From Nocardioides sp. (GTDB lineage: Bacteria; Actinomycetota; Actinomycetes; Propionibacteriales; Nocardioidaceae): a DNA stretch of 64,000 nucleotides. The position numbers and the translations under genes were made by a program. This document shows, piece after piece, positions 52,880-63,171 of the stretch. Numbering within the stretch: the first letter of the stretch is position 1; the number at the start of each line of letters is the position of its first letter. Below the pieces are notes generated by a model, which was not told where the DNA came from, made no database searches, and worked only from the letters and a program-made list of their open reading frames with translations. The stretch is from contig NZ_JBFWVK010000001.1 of assembly GCF_050246775.1 (NCBI RefSeq), forward strand, positions 854,566 to 918,565. The letters are read 5' to 3'.

Positions 52880-54385
52880 GTGGAACACATGGAACAACTC
52901 GCATCGACCTCCGTGGTGCCTGACGCGTGCGACTTCACCGTCTTCGGAGGTACCGGAGAACTCGCGCTGCGCAAACTCCTGCCCGCCCTCTACCTGCGCG
53001 ACCTCGAGGGCCAGCTGCCCGATGACACCCGCATCATCGGCGTCTCGCGCTCCGACTTCGACGATGCCGCCTACCGCACCGAGGTGCGTGCAGCCCTGCA
53101 CCAGCACATCGAGGCCTCCGACCTGTACGACGGTGCCGTGGACCGCCTCCTGGCCCGCCTGCACCACGTGACCCTCGACATCGAGAGCCCCCAGGGCTGG
53201 CACGTCCTGCACGGCCTGCTCAAGGACCGCAGCCGTCCCGACGATGCCGCACGGGTCTTCTACCTGGCCGTCGACCCGTCCCTGTTCGGCCCGATCTGCG
53301 AGCAGCTCGAGGCGATCGGAGCCGTCGACGAACGGGCCCGGGTCGTCCTGGAGAAGCCGATCGGACACGACCTGGCCTCCGCCCGCCTCATCAACGACGT
53401 GGTCGGCAAGGTCTTCGCGGAGTCGCAGATCTTCCGGATCGATCACTACCTGGGCAAGGAGAGCGTGCAGAACCTCCTGGTCACGCGCTTCGCCAACACC
53501 TTCCTCGAGCCGCTGTGGAACTCACACTGGGTCGACCACGTGCAGATCACCGTGGCCGAGTCACTCGGCGTCGCCGACCGCGGGGCGTCGTACGACGAGT
53601 CCGGCGCGCTGCGCGACATGGTGCAGAACCACCTGCTCCAACTGCTCTGCCTGGTGGCCATGGAGCCGCCCACCTACATCGGGCGCGAGACCGTGCGCGA
53701 CGAGAAGCTCAAGGTGCTCCAGGCCCTCAAGCCGATGACCCCCGAGCTCGTCGATCGTGACACCGTGCGGGGCCGCTACACCGAGGGACTGATCGACGGC
53801 GTCGCGGTGCCGTCGTACTCCTCGGACCTCGGCGCCACCGGCAGTTCGACCGAGACGTTCGTGGCCCTGCGGGCCGAGGTGCAGAACTGGCGCTGGTCCG
53901 GGGTGCCGTTCTACCTGCGCACCGGCAAGCGCATGGACCGGCGGGCCTCGGAGATCGTGATCGTCTTCAAGCGACCAGCCAAGGCGATGTTCCCGCACGC
54001 GGAGGGCAGCACCGAGCCCAACCGGCTGCACATCTCGGTCCAGCCCGAGGAAGGGATGCGGTTGCACATGACCGCCAAGGAGCCGGGTCCCGGCGGGATC
54101 CGGCTCCGGCCGGTGTCTCTCAACCTGAGCTATGCCACCACCTTCGACCAGCGTTGCCCCGATGCCTACGAACGGCTGCTGATGGACGTCATCAAGGGCA
54201 ACCCCACCCTGTTCATGCGCCGCGACGAGGTCGAGGCGGCGTGGCGGTGGGTGGAACCGATCCTCACCCGTTGGGCAGCGTCGCCCAACCGGCCGAAGCG
54301 CTACCCGGCCGGCACCAGCGGGCCCACCGCCGCCGCAACCCTGCTCGACCGCGACGGCCGTTCCTGGCAGGAGTCAGACTCATGA
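52880..54385 (+). CDS. zwf: Glucose-6-phosphate 1-dehydrogenase
   Basis: [56 protein letters not shown]. Confidence 0.96.
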   Translation: MEHMEQLASTSVVPDACDFTVFGGTGELALRKLLPALYLRDLEGQLPDDTRIIGVSRSDFDDAAYRTEVRAALHQHIEASDLYDGAVDRLLARLHHVTLDIESPQGWHVLHGLLKDRSRPDDAARVFYLAVDPSLFGPICEQLEAIGAVDERARVVLEKPIGHDLASARLINDVVGKVFAESQIFRIDHYLGKESVQNLLVTRFANTFLEPLWNSHWVDHVQITVAESLGVADRGASYDESGALRDMVQNHLLQLLCLVAMEPPTYIGRETVRDEKLKVLQALKPMTPELVDRDTVRGRYTEGLIDGVAVPSYSSDLGATGSSTETFVALRAEVQNWRWSGVPFYLRTGKRMDRRASEIVIVFKRPAKAMFPHAEGSTEPNRLHISVQPEEGMRLHMTAKEPGPGGIRLRPVSLNLSYATTFDQRCPDAYERLLMDVIKGNPTLFMRRDEVEAAWRWVEPILTRWAASPNRPKRYPAGTSGPTAAATLLDRDGRSWQESDS

Positions 54386-56250
54386 CCCATCCCGAGCTCA
54401 CCGCCATCACCCAACGCGTCATCGACCGCAGCGCACCCACCCGGGCGGCGTACCTGGCCCGCCTCCAGGCCGCCTCCGACAAGGGCCCGGCCCGCGGCAA
54501 GCTCGCCTGCGCCAACCTGGCCCACGGCTTCGCCGCGTCCGAGCCGACCGAGAAGGCCGAGCTGCGCGGGCGCACCAAGCCCAACATCGCCCTGGTGTCG
54601 GCCTACAACGACATGCTCTCAGCGCACCAGCCCTTCGAGTCCTACCCCAAGGTGCTCAAGCAGGCGGTCATCCGCGCGGGAGGGATCGCCCAGTTCGCCG
54701 GCGGCGTCCCCGCCATGTGCGACGGCATCACACAGGGCCGCGACGGCATGCAGCTCTCGCTCTACAGCCGTGACGTGATCGCCATGTCCACCGCCATCGC
54801 CCTGTCGCACGACATGTTCGACGGTGCGCTGATGCTCGGCGTGTGCGACAAGATCGTGCCCGGCCTGCTGATCGGTGCCCTGTCCTTCGGACACCTGCCC
54901 ACCGTCTTCGTGCCCGCCGGTCCGATGACCTCCGGGCTGCCCAACGGCGAGAAGGCTCGGGTCCGCCAGCTGTACGCCGAGGGCAAGGCCGGTCGTGAGG
55001 AGCTGCTCGAGGCCGAGGCAGCCTCCTACCACTCCGCCGGCACGTGCACCTTCTACGGCACCGCCAACTCCAACCAGCTCATCATGGAGGTGCTCGGACT
55101 GCACCTGCCCGGGTCCTCCTTCGTCAACCCGGGCACCCCGCTGCGCGAGGCCCTGACCAAGGCGGCCGGCGCGCGGGTGACCGAGCTGACCGACCTCTCC
55201 GTGGCCGGCCAGTCGCTGGCGATCGGCCGGATCGTCGACGAGAAGGCCATGGTCAACGCCTGCGTCGCGCTGCTCGCCAGCGGCGGCTCGACCAACCACA
55301 CGATGCACCTCGTGGCGATCGCGCGAGCTGCCGGCGTGGACCTCACCTGGGACGACCTGTCGGACCTGTCGGCGATCGTTCCGTCGATCACGAAGATCTA
55401 CCCCAACGGGGCTGCCGACGTGAACCACTTCCACGCCGCCGGTGGCATCGCCTACCTGGTGCACACCCTGCTCGAGGCGGGGCTGCTGCACGAGGACGTC
55501 AACACCATCATGGGCCACGGGCTCTCGCGCTACACCGCCGAGCCGAAGCTCTCGGGCGACACGGTGATCTGGGCGGACGGACCCACCGAGTCGCTCGACA
55601 CCGAGGTCCTGCGACCGGCGTCGGCGCCCTTCGCACCCGACGGCGGCCTGCGGATGCTGTCCGGCCCCCTGGGCCGCGCGGTCATCAAGACCTCCGCGGT
55701 CAAGCCCGAACACCGCGTCGTCACCGCACCGGCGATCGTCTTCGACCACCAGGACCACTTCCTGCGGGCCTTCGGGGACGACGAGCTCGCCGATCGGGAC
55801 TTCGTCGCCGTGATCCGCTACCAGGGGCCGGCAGCCAACGGGATGCCCGAGCTGCACAAGCTCACGCCCGCGCTCGGCGTACTCCAGGACCGCGGGCAGC
55901 GCGTCGCCATCGTCACCGACGGCCGCATGTCCGGCGCTTCGGGCAAGGTCCCGGCCGCCATCCACGTCACCCCGGAGGCCGCCCTCGGCGGTCCCCTGAG
56001 CCGGGTCCGCGACGGAGACCTGATCTCGGTCGACGCCACCACCGGCGTGCTCGACCTGCTCGTCGACCACGACGAGTTCGCCCACCGGGCACCGACCGGC
56101 CACGCACCCCAGGGTGACGAGTGGGCCGGCACGGGGCGCGACCTCTTCGCCGCCTTCCGGGCCACTGTCGGAACCGCCGACACCGGTGCCAGTGTGTTCC
56201 CAGCCGTCCCCGTCCCCCACCTGGAGGTGCCCGTTGTCCAGCACGCCTGA
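54382..56250 (+). CDS. edd: 6-phosphogluconate dehydratase
   Basis: [68 protein letters not shown]. Confidence 0.96.
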   Translation: MTHPELTAITQRVIDRSAPTRAAYLARLQAASDKGPARGKLACANLAHGFAASEPTEKAELRGRTKPNIALVSAYNDMLSAHQPFESYPKVLKQAVIRAGGIAQFAGGVPAMCDGITQGRDGMQLSLYSRDVIAMSTAIALSHDMFDGALMLGVCDKIVPGLLIGALSFGHLPTVFVPAGPMTSGLPNGEKARVRQLYAEGKAGREELLEAEAASYHSAGTCTFYGTANSNQLIMEVLGLHLPGSSFVNPGTPLREALTKAAGARVTELTDLSVAGQSLAIGRIVDEKAMVNACVALLASGGSTNHTMHLVAIARAAGVDLTWDDLSDLSAIVPSITKIYPNGAADVNHFHAAGGIAYLVHTLLEAGLLHEDVNTIMGHGLSRYTAEPKLSGDTVIWADGPTESLDTEVLRPASAPFAPDGGLRMLSGPLGRAVIKTSAVKPEHRVVTAPAIVFDHQDHFLRAFGDDELADRDFVAVIRYQGPAANGMPELHKLTPALGVLQDRGQRVAIVTDGRMSGASGKVPAAIHVTPEAALGGPLSRVRDGDLISVDATTGVLDLLVDHDEFAHRAPTGHAPQGDEWAGTGRDLFAAFRATVGTADTGASVFPAVPVPHLEVPVVQHA

Positions 56251-56863
56251 GCAGTCGCTGCTCTCGGTCGTCCCGGTCGTCCCGGTCGTGGTGATCGACG
56301 AGCTGGCCCACGCCGTCCCGGTGGCGCGCGCCCTGGTGGCCGGCGGGTTGCCGGTGATCGAGCTGACGTTGCGCACGCCGGTCGCGCTCGACGCGATCCG
56401 GGCCATCGCCGACGAGGTGCCCGAGATCCTGATCGGGGCAGGCACCATCGTGACTCCCGCCCAGGCCGCCGCGGCCCAGGACGCCGGGGCCCAGTTCCTG
56501 GTCTCCCCCGGCGCCACCGCGTCACTCCTCGCAGCGATGACGGCCACCGGGCTGCCGTTCCTGCCAGGCACCGCCACGGTCTCGGAGGTGCTCGCAGCCC
56601 TGGAGAAGGGGATCTCGGAGCTGAAGTTCTTCCCGGCCGAAGCCTCCGGTGGGGCCGCGTTCCTGAAGTCGATCGCCTCACCCGTGCCCGCTGCCCGGTT
56701 CTGCCCGACCGGCGGCATCACCGCGGCCACCGCCCCGGCGTACCTCGCCCTGCCCAACGTGGGCTGTGTCGGTGGCTCGTGGCTGACGCCGGCCGATGCG
56801 CTGGCCACTGAGGACTGGCCCCGGATCGAGTCGTTGGCCCGGGACGCCGCCACCCTCGGCTGA
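56234..56863 (+). CDS. eda: KDPG/KHG aldolase
   Basis: [36 protein letters not shown]; TTG start after GGAGGTG. Confidence 0.95.
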   Translation: MSSTPEQSLLSVVPVVPVVVIDELAHAVPVARALVAGGLPVIELTLRTPVALDAIRAIADEVPEILIGAGTIVTPAQAAAAQDAGAQFLVSPGATASLLAAMTATGLPFLPGTATVSEVLAALEKGISELKFFPAEASGGAAFLKSIASPVPAARFCPTGGITAATAPAYLALPNVGCVGGSWLTPADALATEDWPRIESLARDAATLG

Positions 56864-56918
56864 CCTGTCGCAGATGTACGTCTCAGCCGCGTCGACCTGT
56901 CGCAGACGTACGTCTCAG
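56862..56918 (+). repeat. REP family A direct pair (period 32)
   Basis: GACCTGTCGCAGA(T/C)GTACGTCTCAG at 56862 and 56894; overlaps the stop codons of convergent eda and tag. Confidence 0.85.
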
Positions 56919-57481
56919 AGACGGCGGCGGTGGCAGTCGACCAGATGGGTGTCGACGATGCCGATGGCCTCCATCAGCGCGTGTGCGGTCGTCGGGCCGA
57001 CGAACACGAAGCCGTGCTGCTTGAGGCCCTTGGCCAACGCCTTGGACTCCGCCGAGGTGGCGGGCACCTCCGCCGGCGTGCGGGGTCGGGGCTGGACCTC
57101 GGGCTGGTAGGACCAGACGATCTGCTCCAGCGTCGTGCCCTCGAGCGCGAGCAGGGCGCGCGCGTTGGCGATCGTGGCCCGGATCTTCAAGCGGTTGCGG
57201 ACGATGCCTGTGTCGGCCATCAGTTCGGCGTACTTCACCTCGTCGTAGGCCGCAATCCTCTCGGCGTCGAAGTGGTCGAACGCCCTCCGGAAGTTCTCGC
57301 GCTTGTTGAGGATCGTCGACCACGACAACCCCGACTGGAACGCCTCCAAGGTCAGCCGTTCGAACACCGCGGACTCCCCGTGCACCGCCATCCCCCACTC
57401 GGTGTCGTGGTAGTCACGCATCACGCCGGGCCGGGCTGCCCAGCCGCAGCGCCGTACGCCGTCCTCGCCGAGCACCGTCAT
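56915..57481 (-). CDS. tag: DNA-3-methyladenine glycosylase I
   Basis: RCGW, YHDTEWG, FERLTLEAFQSGLSW.TIL.KRE.FR.AF, IVRNRLKI.A, FVFVGPTT..A.M.A.G....H...C. Confidence 0.95.
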   Translation of the reverse strand: MTVLGEDGVRRCGWAARPGVMRDYHDTEWGMAVHGESAVFERLTLEAFQSGLSWSTILNKRENFRRAFDHFDAERIAAYDEVKYAELMADTGIVRNRLKIRATIANARALLALEGTTLEQIVWSYQPEVQPRPRTPAEVPATSAESKALAKGLKQHGFVFVGPTTAHALMEAIGIVDTHLVDCHRRRL

Positions 57482-57496
57482 GCGCCCATCCTCGCC

Positions 57497-57547
57497 GACC
57501 TGTCGCAGATGTACACGCCGAACCCCGCCGACCTGTCGCAGATGCAC
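57497..57547 (+). repeat. REP family A direct pair (period 33)
   Basis: CGCCGACCTGTCGCAGATG(T/C)AC with cores at 57497 and 57530, between tag and the flavodoxin gene. Confidence 0.85.
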
Positions 57548-57559
57548 ATGTCGCAGAGC

Positions 57560-58270
57560 TCAGCGATATTCCGGATTGTGCCAACCGAAGTGCTCGCCGC
57601 TGTTCCACGCGGCACGCTGATTGCCCTGCGCCGGCACCCCGCCCGCCTCCTTGAGCATCCTCGCGAGATGCATCAGGTTCCAGGTCATGAAGGTCGTGTT
57701 GCGGTTGGTGAAGTCATTCTCCGGACCACCGCTGCCGGGATCGAGGTACGACGGCCCCGGACCGGCCTCCCCGATCCAGCCTGCGTCCGCGTTGGGTGGA
57801 ATCGTGTAGCCCACGTGTTGAAGGCTGTACAGGATGTTCTGGGCACAGTGCTTGATGCCGTCCTCGTTGCCGGTGATGAGGCAGCCGGCGACGCGCCCGT
57901 AGAAGAGGTACTGCCCCTTGTCGTTCAGCAGACCGCTCAGGGCATAGATCCGCTCGATCACCTGCTTGGTGACGCTCGAGTTGTCCCCCAGCCAGATGGG
58001 GCCGGCGATCACCAGGATGTCACTGGCCAGGATGCCCGGGTACAGCTCCGGCCAGGCGTCGTAGGCCCAGCCGTGCTCGCGCATGTCGGGGTAGACGCCG
58101 GTGGCCAGATCATGGTCGATCACACGGATGAGGTCGACCGTCACGCCGTGCTCCCGCATGATCGCTGCACTGGCGTCGACCAGACCCTGGGTGTGGCTCG
58201 GTTCGGGGCTCTTCTTGAGCGTGCAGTTGAGGAAGGTGGCCTTCAGGCCGCTGAAGTCCCATTCATTCAT
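57560..58270 (-). CDS. Flavodoxin-like / NAD(P)H-dependent FMN reductase family protein
   Basis: NCTLKKSP..SHT, ILVIAGPIWLG..SS, VAGCLITGNEDG..H. Confidence 0.82.
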   Translation of the reverse strand: MNEWDFSGLKATFLNCTLKKSPEPSHTQGLVDASAAIMREHGVTVDLIRVIDHDLATGVYPDMREHGWAYDAWPELYPGILASDILVIAGPIWLGDNSSVTKQVIERIYALSGLLNDKGQYLFYGRVAGCLITGNEDGIKHCAQNILYSLQHVGYTIPPNADAGWIGEAGPGPSYLDPGSGGPENDFTNRNTTFMTWNLMHLARMLKEAGGVPAQGNQRAAWNSGEHFGWHNPEYR

Positions 58271-58335
58271 GCACCCGACTCTGCTGCCGTCGCGAGAACT
58301 CCCGCAATGGGAAAGTGATGACGAAACGCTGACGT

Positions 58336-58417
58336 GTACATCTGCGACAGGTCAGCGCGATTCCCGCGCACATCTGCGACAGGTCAGCGCGATTCCCGCG
58401 TACATCTGCGACAGGTC
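58336..58417 (-). repeat. REP family A triple (period 32), inverted relative to the 56.9 and 57.5 kb copies
   Basis: G(T/C)ACATCTGCGACAGGTC at 58336, 58368, 58400 with near-identical AGCGCGATTCCCGC linkers; overlaps the pirin stop. Confidence 0.85.
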
Positions 58418-59351
58418 AGCGGCGGGGCTTGAGGCGCACGCTCGGCAGCTCCGGAGCCGGGATCGGCGGCAGAGCGCCGGCAGGTACGCCGAAGTCCCCG
58501 TCCACGAGCTCCGGTCCCGATTCCCGCGCCACCAGCTGGGCCTGCCAGGCCGCCCGGAACGACCGGATCTCCTCGTCGCTTCGACCCACGAAGTTCCACC
58601 ACATCACGATCTCCTCCCCCAGGGGCACTCCGCCCAGGAGCAGCAGCCGGGCACCGGCGCGGGAGGTCAGCGTGAGCGAGGTGGCCCCGAGGTCGGCGTA
58701 GGCCAACTCGGACTCGAGCACCGTCACGTCGTCCACCACCAGGTCGCCGCTGTCGAGCAGGATGCCGTGCTCGTAGGACGCGTCGAGCGGCAGGACGAGG
58801 CGAGCCTGAGGGGCGAGCACGATCTCCACACCGAGCAGCGCCGAGTACGTCGACACCGGCGACGTCGACCCGAACAGTGAGCCCAGGAACACCCGAGCCT
58901 GCCACCGGTGACCGGTGATCGCCGGCGGGGCGTAGTGCTCGAAGCCGGGTTCGATGAACCTCGATGCCGAGGGCAGCGCGACCCACAGCTGCGCCCCGTG
59001 CAGGATCGTGGTGCCGGCCGTGGAGACCTCGGTGTGGCTGATCCCCCGCCCAGCGGTCATCAGGTTGAGCTCGCCGGGGCGCACGGTCGCGGCGTTGCCG
59101 GCACTGTCCACGTGGTCGATCTCCCCGGTGAACAGCCAGCTCACCGTCTGCAGCCCGGTGTGCGGATGCGGCGTCACCATCATCCCGCCGGTCTCGGCGA
59201 CCGGATCGGGGCCGTAATGGTCCAGGAAGCACCAGCCCCCGATGAAGGACCGCTCGCGCTGAGGAAGGGTGCGGCGTACCGTCATCGCGCGCAGCCCACC
59301 CAGCGGCACCTCGCGCGGGGTCAGGATCTCGATCGAGGAGCGGGCGTTCAC
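58416..59351 (-). CDS. Pirin family protein
   Basis: FLDHYG, PHPHTGLQTVSWLF.GE..H.DS.G, NLMTAG.GI.H.E, QLWVALP, MWWNFV. Confidence 0.93.
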   Translation of the reverse strand: MNARSSIEILTPREVPLGGLRAMTVRRTLPQRERSFIGGWCFLDHYGPDPVAETGGMMVTPHPHTGLQTVSWLFTGEIDHVDSAGNAATVRPGELNLMTAGRGISHTEVSTAGTTILHGAQLWVALPSASRFIEPGFEHYAPPAITGHRWQARVFLGSLFGSTSPVSTYSALLGVEIVLAPQARLVLPLDASYEHGILLDSGDLVVDDVTVLESELAYADLGATSLTLTSRAGARLLLLGGVPLGEEIVMWWNFVGRSDEEIRSFRAAWQAQLVARESGPELVDGDFGVPAGALPPIPAPELPSVRLKPRR

Positions 59352-59606
59352 TCAGCCCACCAGGCCATCGACGCCGCAGCCGGCCCGGACCACGCGGCGC
59401 GTCGAGGCGGGGTGGCGCGTGAGGGCCTCGGCGGTGCGGATCGGCCGTGCTGCCAGGTTGCCGCCGCAGTTGGGGCACACGCCGTGCAGCACGCGGTCGG
59501 CGCAGTCACGACACCAGGTGCACTCGAAGGTGCAGATCAACGCGTCGGAGGAGTCCGGCGGGAGGTCCCGGTCACAGCACTCGCAGTTCGGCCTCAGCTC
59601 CAACAT
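59352..59606 (-). CDS. DUF1272 family cysteine-rich protein
   Basis: MLELRPNCECCDRDLPPDS..A.ICTFECTWC..CA....CPNCGG.L..RP.R. Confidence 0.9.
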   Translation of the reverse strand: MLELRPNCECCDRDLPPDSSDALICTFECTWCRDCADRVLHGVCPNCGGNLAARPIRTAEALTRHPASTRRVVRAGCGVDGLVG

Positions 59607-59616
59607 GGACAGATCC

Positions 59617-61986
59617 TCAGCTCAGGTGGGTCGGGTGGGTGGCTCGCTTGTCGCCGCTTCCGTGCCCCCCACCCGCCTCTGCGCCCGCCGGCGCGGGAGC
59701 GCTGTGCGCCGCCGAGACCGGCACCAGCCGCACGACCACCGACTTCGAGGTCGGCTGGTTGCTGCCCTTCGCGGTCGAGTCGAGAGGGATCAACGGATTC
59801 GTCTCCGGATAGTACGCCGCCGCACAGCCGCGCGGCTGGTCGTAGGTCACGATCCGGAAGTCGTGCGCCCGTCGTTCGACACCGTCGCTCCACTCGCTCA
59901 CCAGATCCACCCGGTCGCCGTCGCTGAACCCCAGACGGGCGATGTCGTCGGCATGCACGAGCACGACCCGGCGACCACCCTTGATGCCGCGGTAGCGGTC
60001 GTCGAGCCCGTAGATCGTGGTGTTGAACTGGTCGTGCGACCGCATCGTCTGCAACAGCAGACGCCCCTGCGGAACCTCCAGCACGTCGGTGGGGCTGACC
60101 GTGAACATCGCCAGCCCGACCTCCGTCTCGAAGGTCCTGCTGTCGCGTGGCGGGTGGGGCAGGACGAAGCCACCAGGCTGGTCGACCTTGGAGTCGTACG
60201 CCGTGCAGCCGGGCACGACGCGGGCGATCCGACGCCGGATCTCGGTGTAGTCCGAGCGGAACGCCGACCACGGGATCGTGGACCCCGGCAGCGTGGTCTC
60301 CGCGATCGAGCAGATGATGTCGACCTCGGATCGCAGCAACGGCGACGCCGGCGGCAACGGCCCCTTCGAGGCGTGCACCGCGGACATCGAGTCCTCGACG
60401 GTGACGCGTTGGACGCGACCACCGGTGAGGTCCTTCTCGGATCGGCCGAGTGCGGGCAGGATCAGCGCCTCGCGCCCGTGGACGACATGGGACCGGTTGA
60501 GCTTGGTGGAGACGTGCACCGTCAGCTCCGCCGAGTCGAACGCCGCCTCGGTGACCTCGGTGTCGGGGGCCGCGGCCACGAAGTTGCCGCCCATCGCGAT
60601 GAACACCTTGGCGGCACCGTCACGCAGGGCCCGGATGGCAGCCACCGTGTCGAGGCCGTGTTCGCGGGGCGGCTCGAAGCCGAACTCGTCGCGCAGGGCG
60701 TCGAGGAAATGGCCCGGCACGCGCTCCCAGATCCCCATGGTCCGGTCGCCCTGCACGTTGGAGTGCCCACGCACCGGGCACAGCCCGGCCCCGGGCTTGC
60801 CGATGTTGCCCTGCAGGAGCGCCACGTTGGTGATCTCCTTGACGCAGGCGACCCCGTTCTGGTGCTGGGTGATGCCCATGGCCCAACAGATCACCGTGGC
60901 ACTGGACTCGCGGAACAGCTGGGCCGCCTTCTCGATCTCGGCGCGCGGTAGCCCGGTGGACCGCTCCACGGCTGCCCAGTCGAGCGTCCGCAGGTGAGCG
61001 GCGTACTCCTCGAAGCCGTGGGTGTGGCGGCTGATGAAGTCGTGGTCGAGCGCGTCCCACTCCAGGAGGTGGGCGGCGATCCCCTGGAAGAGCGCGAGGT
61101 CCCCGTTGATCCGCACCGGCAGGTGCAGGTCGGCCAGGCCCGTGCCGTTGCCGAGCCAGCCACTGACCTTCTGAGGGTTCTTGAACCGCACCAGGCCGGC
61201 TTCCTGGAGCGGGTTGACCGAGATGATTCTGACGCCGTTGTGCTTGGCCTTCTCCAACGCCGACAGCATCCGCGGATGGTTGGTGCCGGGATTCTGGCCC
61301 GCCACGACGATCAGCTCGGCGTTCTCCACGTCGGCGAGGCTGACCGATCCCTTGCCGATCCCGATCGCCTCGGCCAGGCCGACCGACGTCGACTCGTGGC
61401 ACATGTTGGAGCAGTCGGGCAGGTTGTTGGTGCCGAAGGCGCGCGCGAACAACTGGTAGGCGAACGCCGCCTCGTTGGAGGTCTTGCCCGAGGTGTAGAA
61501 GACGGCCTGGTCCGCAGAGTCCAGGGCAGTGAGGTGCCCGGCGATGAGGGCGTAGGCGTCCGCCCAGGAGATCGGTTCGTAGTGGGTGCCGCCGGCGCGG
61601 AGGACCATGGGCTCGGTGAGGCGGCCCTGTTGGCCCAGCCAGTAGTCGGTGCGCCCACGGAGCTCCGCGACCGTGTGCTCAGCGAAGAACGATCGCCCGA
61701 TCATCCGCTTGGTGGCCTCCTCGGTCACCGCCTTGGCACCGTTCTCGCAGAACTCGGCAGTGTGCCGGTGGGCGGGGTCCGGGTCGGGCCAGGCGCAGCC
61801 CTGGCAGTCGAAGCCGTCAGTCTGGTTGAGCTTCAGCAGCGTCTGCGCCGTGCGAACGGGACCCATCTGCTCGACGGCCCGCTTCATCGACACCGCCACC
61901 GCGGTCGGGCCGGCTGCTGCGTGGGCCTCGCCGCCGATCTGGACGTCGGCCTCGTCGATGTCCGCCTCGGGGGGTCGCCTGCTCAT
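59617..61986 (-). CDS. FdhF/YdeP family molybdopterin oxidoreductase
   Basis: GFDCQGCAWPDP, EFCENGAKA, FYTSG..SNEAAF, NNLPDCSNMCHE, PVRGHSNVQGDRTMG, RSHDQFNTTIYG, YYPETN. Confidence 0.92.
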   Translation of the reverse strand: MSRRPPEADIDEADVQIGGEAHAAAGPTAVAVSMKRAVEQMGPVRTAQTLLKLNQTDGFDCQGCAWPDPDPAHRHTAEFCENGAKAVTEEATKRMIGRSFFAEHTVAELRGRTDYWLGQQGRLTEPMVLRAGGTHYEPISWADAYALIAGHLTALDSADQAVFYTSGKTSNEAAFAYQLFARAFGTNNLPDCSNMCHESTSVGLAEAIGIGKGSVSLADVENAELIVVAGQNPGTNHPRMLSALEKAKHNGVRIISVNPLQEAGLVRFKNPQKVSGWLGNGTGLADLHLPVRINGDLALFQGIAAHLLEWDALDHDFISRHTHGFEEYAAHLRTLDWAAVERSTGLPRAEIEKAAQLFRESSATVICWAMGITQHQNGVACVKEITNVALLQGNIGKPGAGLCPVRGHSNVQGDRTMGIWERVPGHFLDALRDEFGFEPPREHGLDTVAAIRALRDGAAKVFIAMGGNFVAAAPDTEVTEAAFDSAELTVHVSTKLNRSHVVHGREALILPALGRSEKDLTGGRVQRVTVEDSMSAVHASKGPLPPASPLLRSEVDIICSIAETTLPGSTIPWSAFRSDYTEIRRRIARVVPGCTAYDSKVDQPGGFVLPHPPRDSRTFETEVGLAMFTVSPTDVLEVPQGRLLLQTMRSHDQFNTTIYGLDDRYRGIKGGRRVVLVHADDIARLGFSDGDRVDLVSEWSDGVERRAHDFRIVTYDQPRGCAAAYYPETNPLIPLDSTAKGSNQPTSKSVVVRLVPVSAAHSAPAPAGAEAGGGHGSGDKRATHPTHLS

Positions 61987-62042
61987 ACCTCCATCCTTAC
62001 CCGGCGCTCCTGACGGCTACACGTCCGGGGAGAATGATGGGC

Positions 62043-63161
62043 ATGTCCAGCCTCTTCGAGCCGTTGACCCTGGGTGCCGTCTCGGTGCCCCATCGGATCT
62101 TCATGGCTCCCCTGACCCGCATGCGCTCGACCCAGCCGGGCGACGTACCGAACGACCTGATGCTGGACTACTACGTGCAGCGCGCGAGTGCCGGCCTGAT
62201 CATCTCCGAGGGCGCCCAGATCTCGCCCGAGGGCAAGGGCTACATGGACACCCCGGGGATCCACAGCGCGGAGCAGGTGGCCGGCTGGCGACGGATCACC
62301 GATGCCGTGCACGCGGCCGGCGGGCGGATCGCCTGCCAGTTGTGGCACGTCGGACGGGTCTCGCACGAGTCGTTCCACCAGGGCGAGCTGCCGGTCTCGG
62401 CGAGTGCGCTGCCCTACCGCAACCGCACGAGCGTGCGGGGCGAGGACGGCCTGCCGACCCGGGTCAACTGTCCGACGCCCAGGGCGTTGGAGACCGCGGA
62501 GATCCCTCGCCTGCTGGAGGACTTCCGGGACGCGACCCTCCGGGCCCGGGAGGCCGGCTTCGACCTGGTGGAGATCCATGGGGCTCACGGCTACCTGCTC
62601 CACCAGTTCATGTCGGCGCAGAGCAACCACCGCACCGATGGGTACGGCGGCTCGCTGGAGAACCGGGCCCGCCTGCCGCTGGAGGTCCTCGACGCAGTGG
62701 TGAGCGCCTGGGACGCGGACCACGTCGGGATCCGCATCTCACCGCTCGGCATCTTCAACGGGCTGGACGACACCTCGGGACGGCCCATGGGGCTGCATCT
62801 GGCTGCTGCCTTCGCCGAGCGGGGGATCGCCTTCCTGCACCTGTCCGAGCCCGACTGGGCCGGTGGCGCGCAGCTCGACGACGACTTCCGTGCCTCCCTG
62901 CGAGCCGCCTTCCCGGGGCCCCTGATCGGCGCAGGGAACTATGACCTGGCCAAGGCGACGCGGCTGGTGGAGGCCGGGTTCATCGACGCAGCGGCGTTCG
63001 GGCGGACCTTCCTGGCCAACCCCGACCTGCCGCATCGACTGCGCTCCGGCCTGGTCCTCAACGACCCTGACCTGGCGACCTTCTACGGCGGCGGCGCCCG
63101 TGGCTACACAGACTACCCGGCGTACGACGCGCCGAGGACCCGCACCGTGACGAAGGCCTAA
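62043..63161 (+). CDS. Old yellow enzyme / alkene reductase (NemA-like)
   Basis: MAPLTRMR, YYVQRASAGLIISEG, QLWHVGR.SH, EIHGAHGYL..QF, NHRTD.YGGS.ENR.R, FGR.FLANPDL; alternative ATGs at 62034 and 62037. Confidence 0.92.
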   Translation: MSSLFEPLTLGAVSVPHRIFMAPLTRMRSTQPGDVPNDLMLDYYVQRASAGLIISEGAQISPEGKGYMDTPGIHSAEQVAGWRRITDAVHAAGGRIACQLWHVGRVSHESFHQGELPVSASALPYRNRTSVRGEDGLPTRVNCPTPRALETAEIPRLLEDFRDATLRAREAGFDLVEIHGAHGYLLHQFMSAQSNHRTDGYGGSLENRARLPLEVLDAVVSAWDADHVGIRISPLGIFNGLDDTSGRPMGLHLAAAFAERGIAFLHLSEPDWAGGAQLDDDFRASLRAAFPGPLIGAGNYDLAKATRLVEAGFIDAAAFGRTFLANPDLPHRLRSGLVLNDPDLATFYGGGARGYTDYPAYDAPRTRTVTKA

Positions 63162-63171
63162 GACAGTGGCG

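Noticed and set aside
56862-58417. Mini-CRISPR arrays from the 18-bp repeats
   Set aside because: Only 2-3 units per locus, linkers of 14-15 nt that are near-duplicates within a locus, mixed orientations, no leader or cas genes
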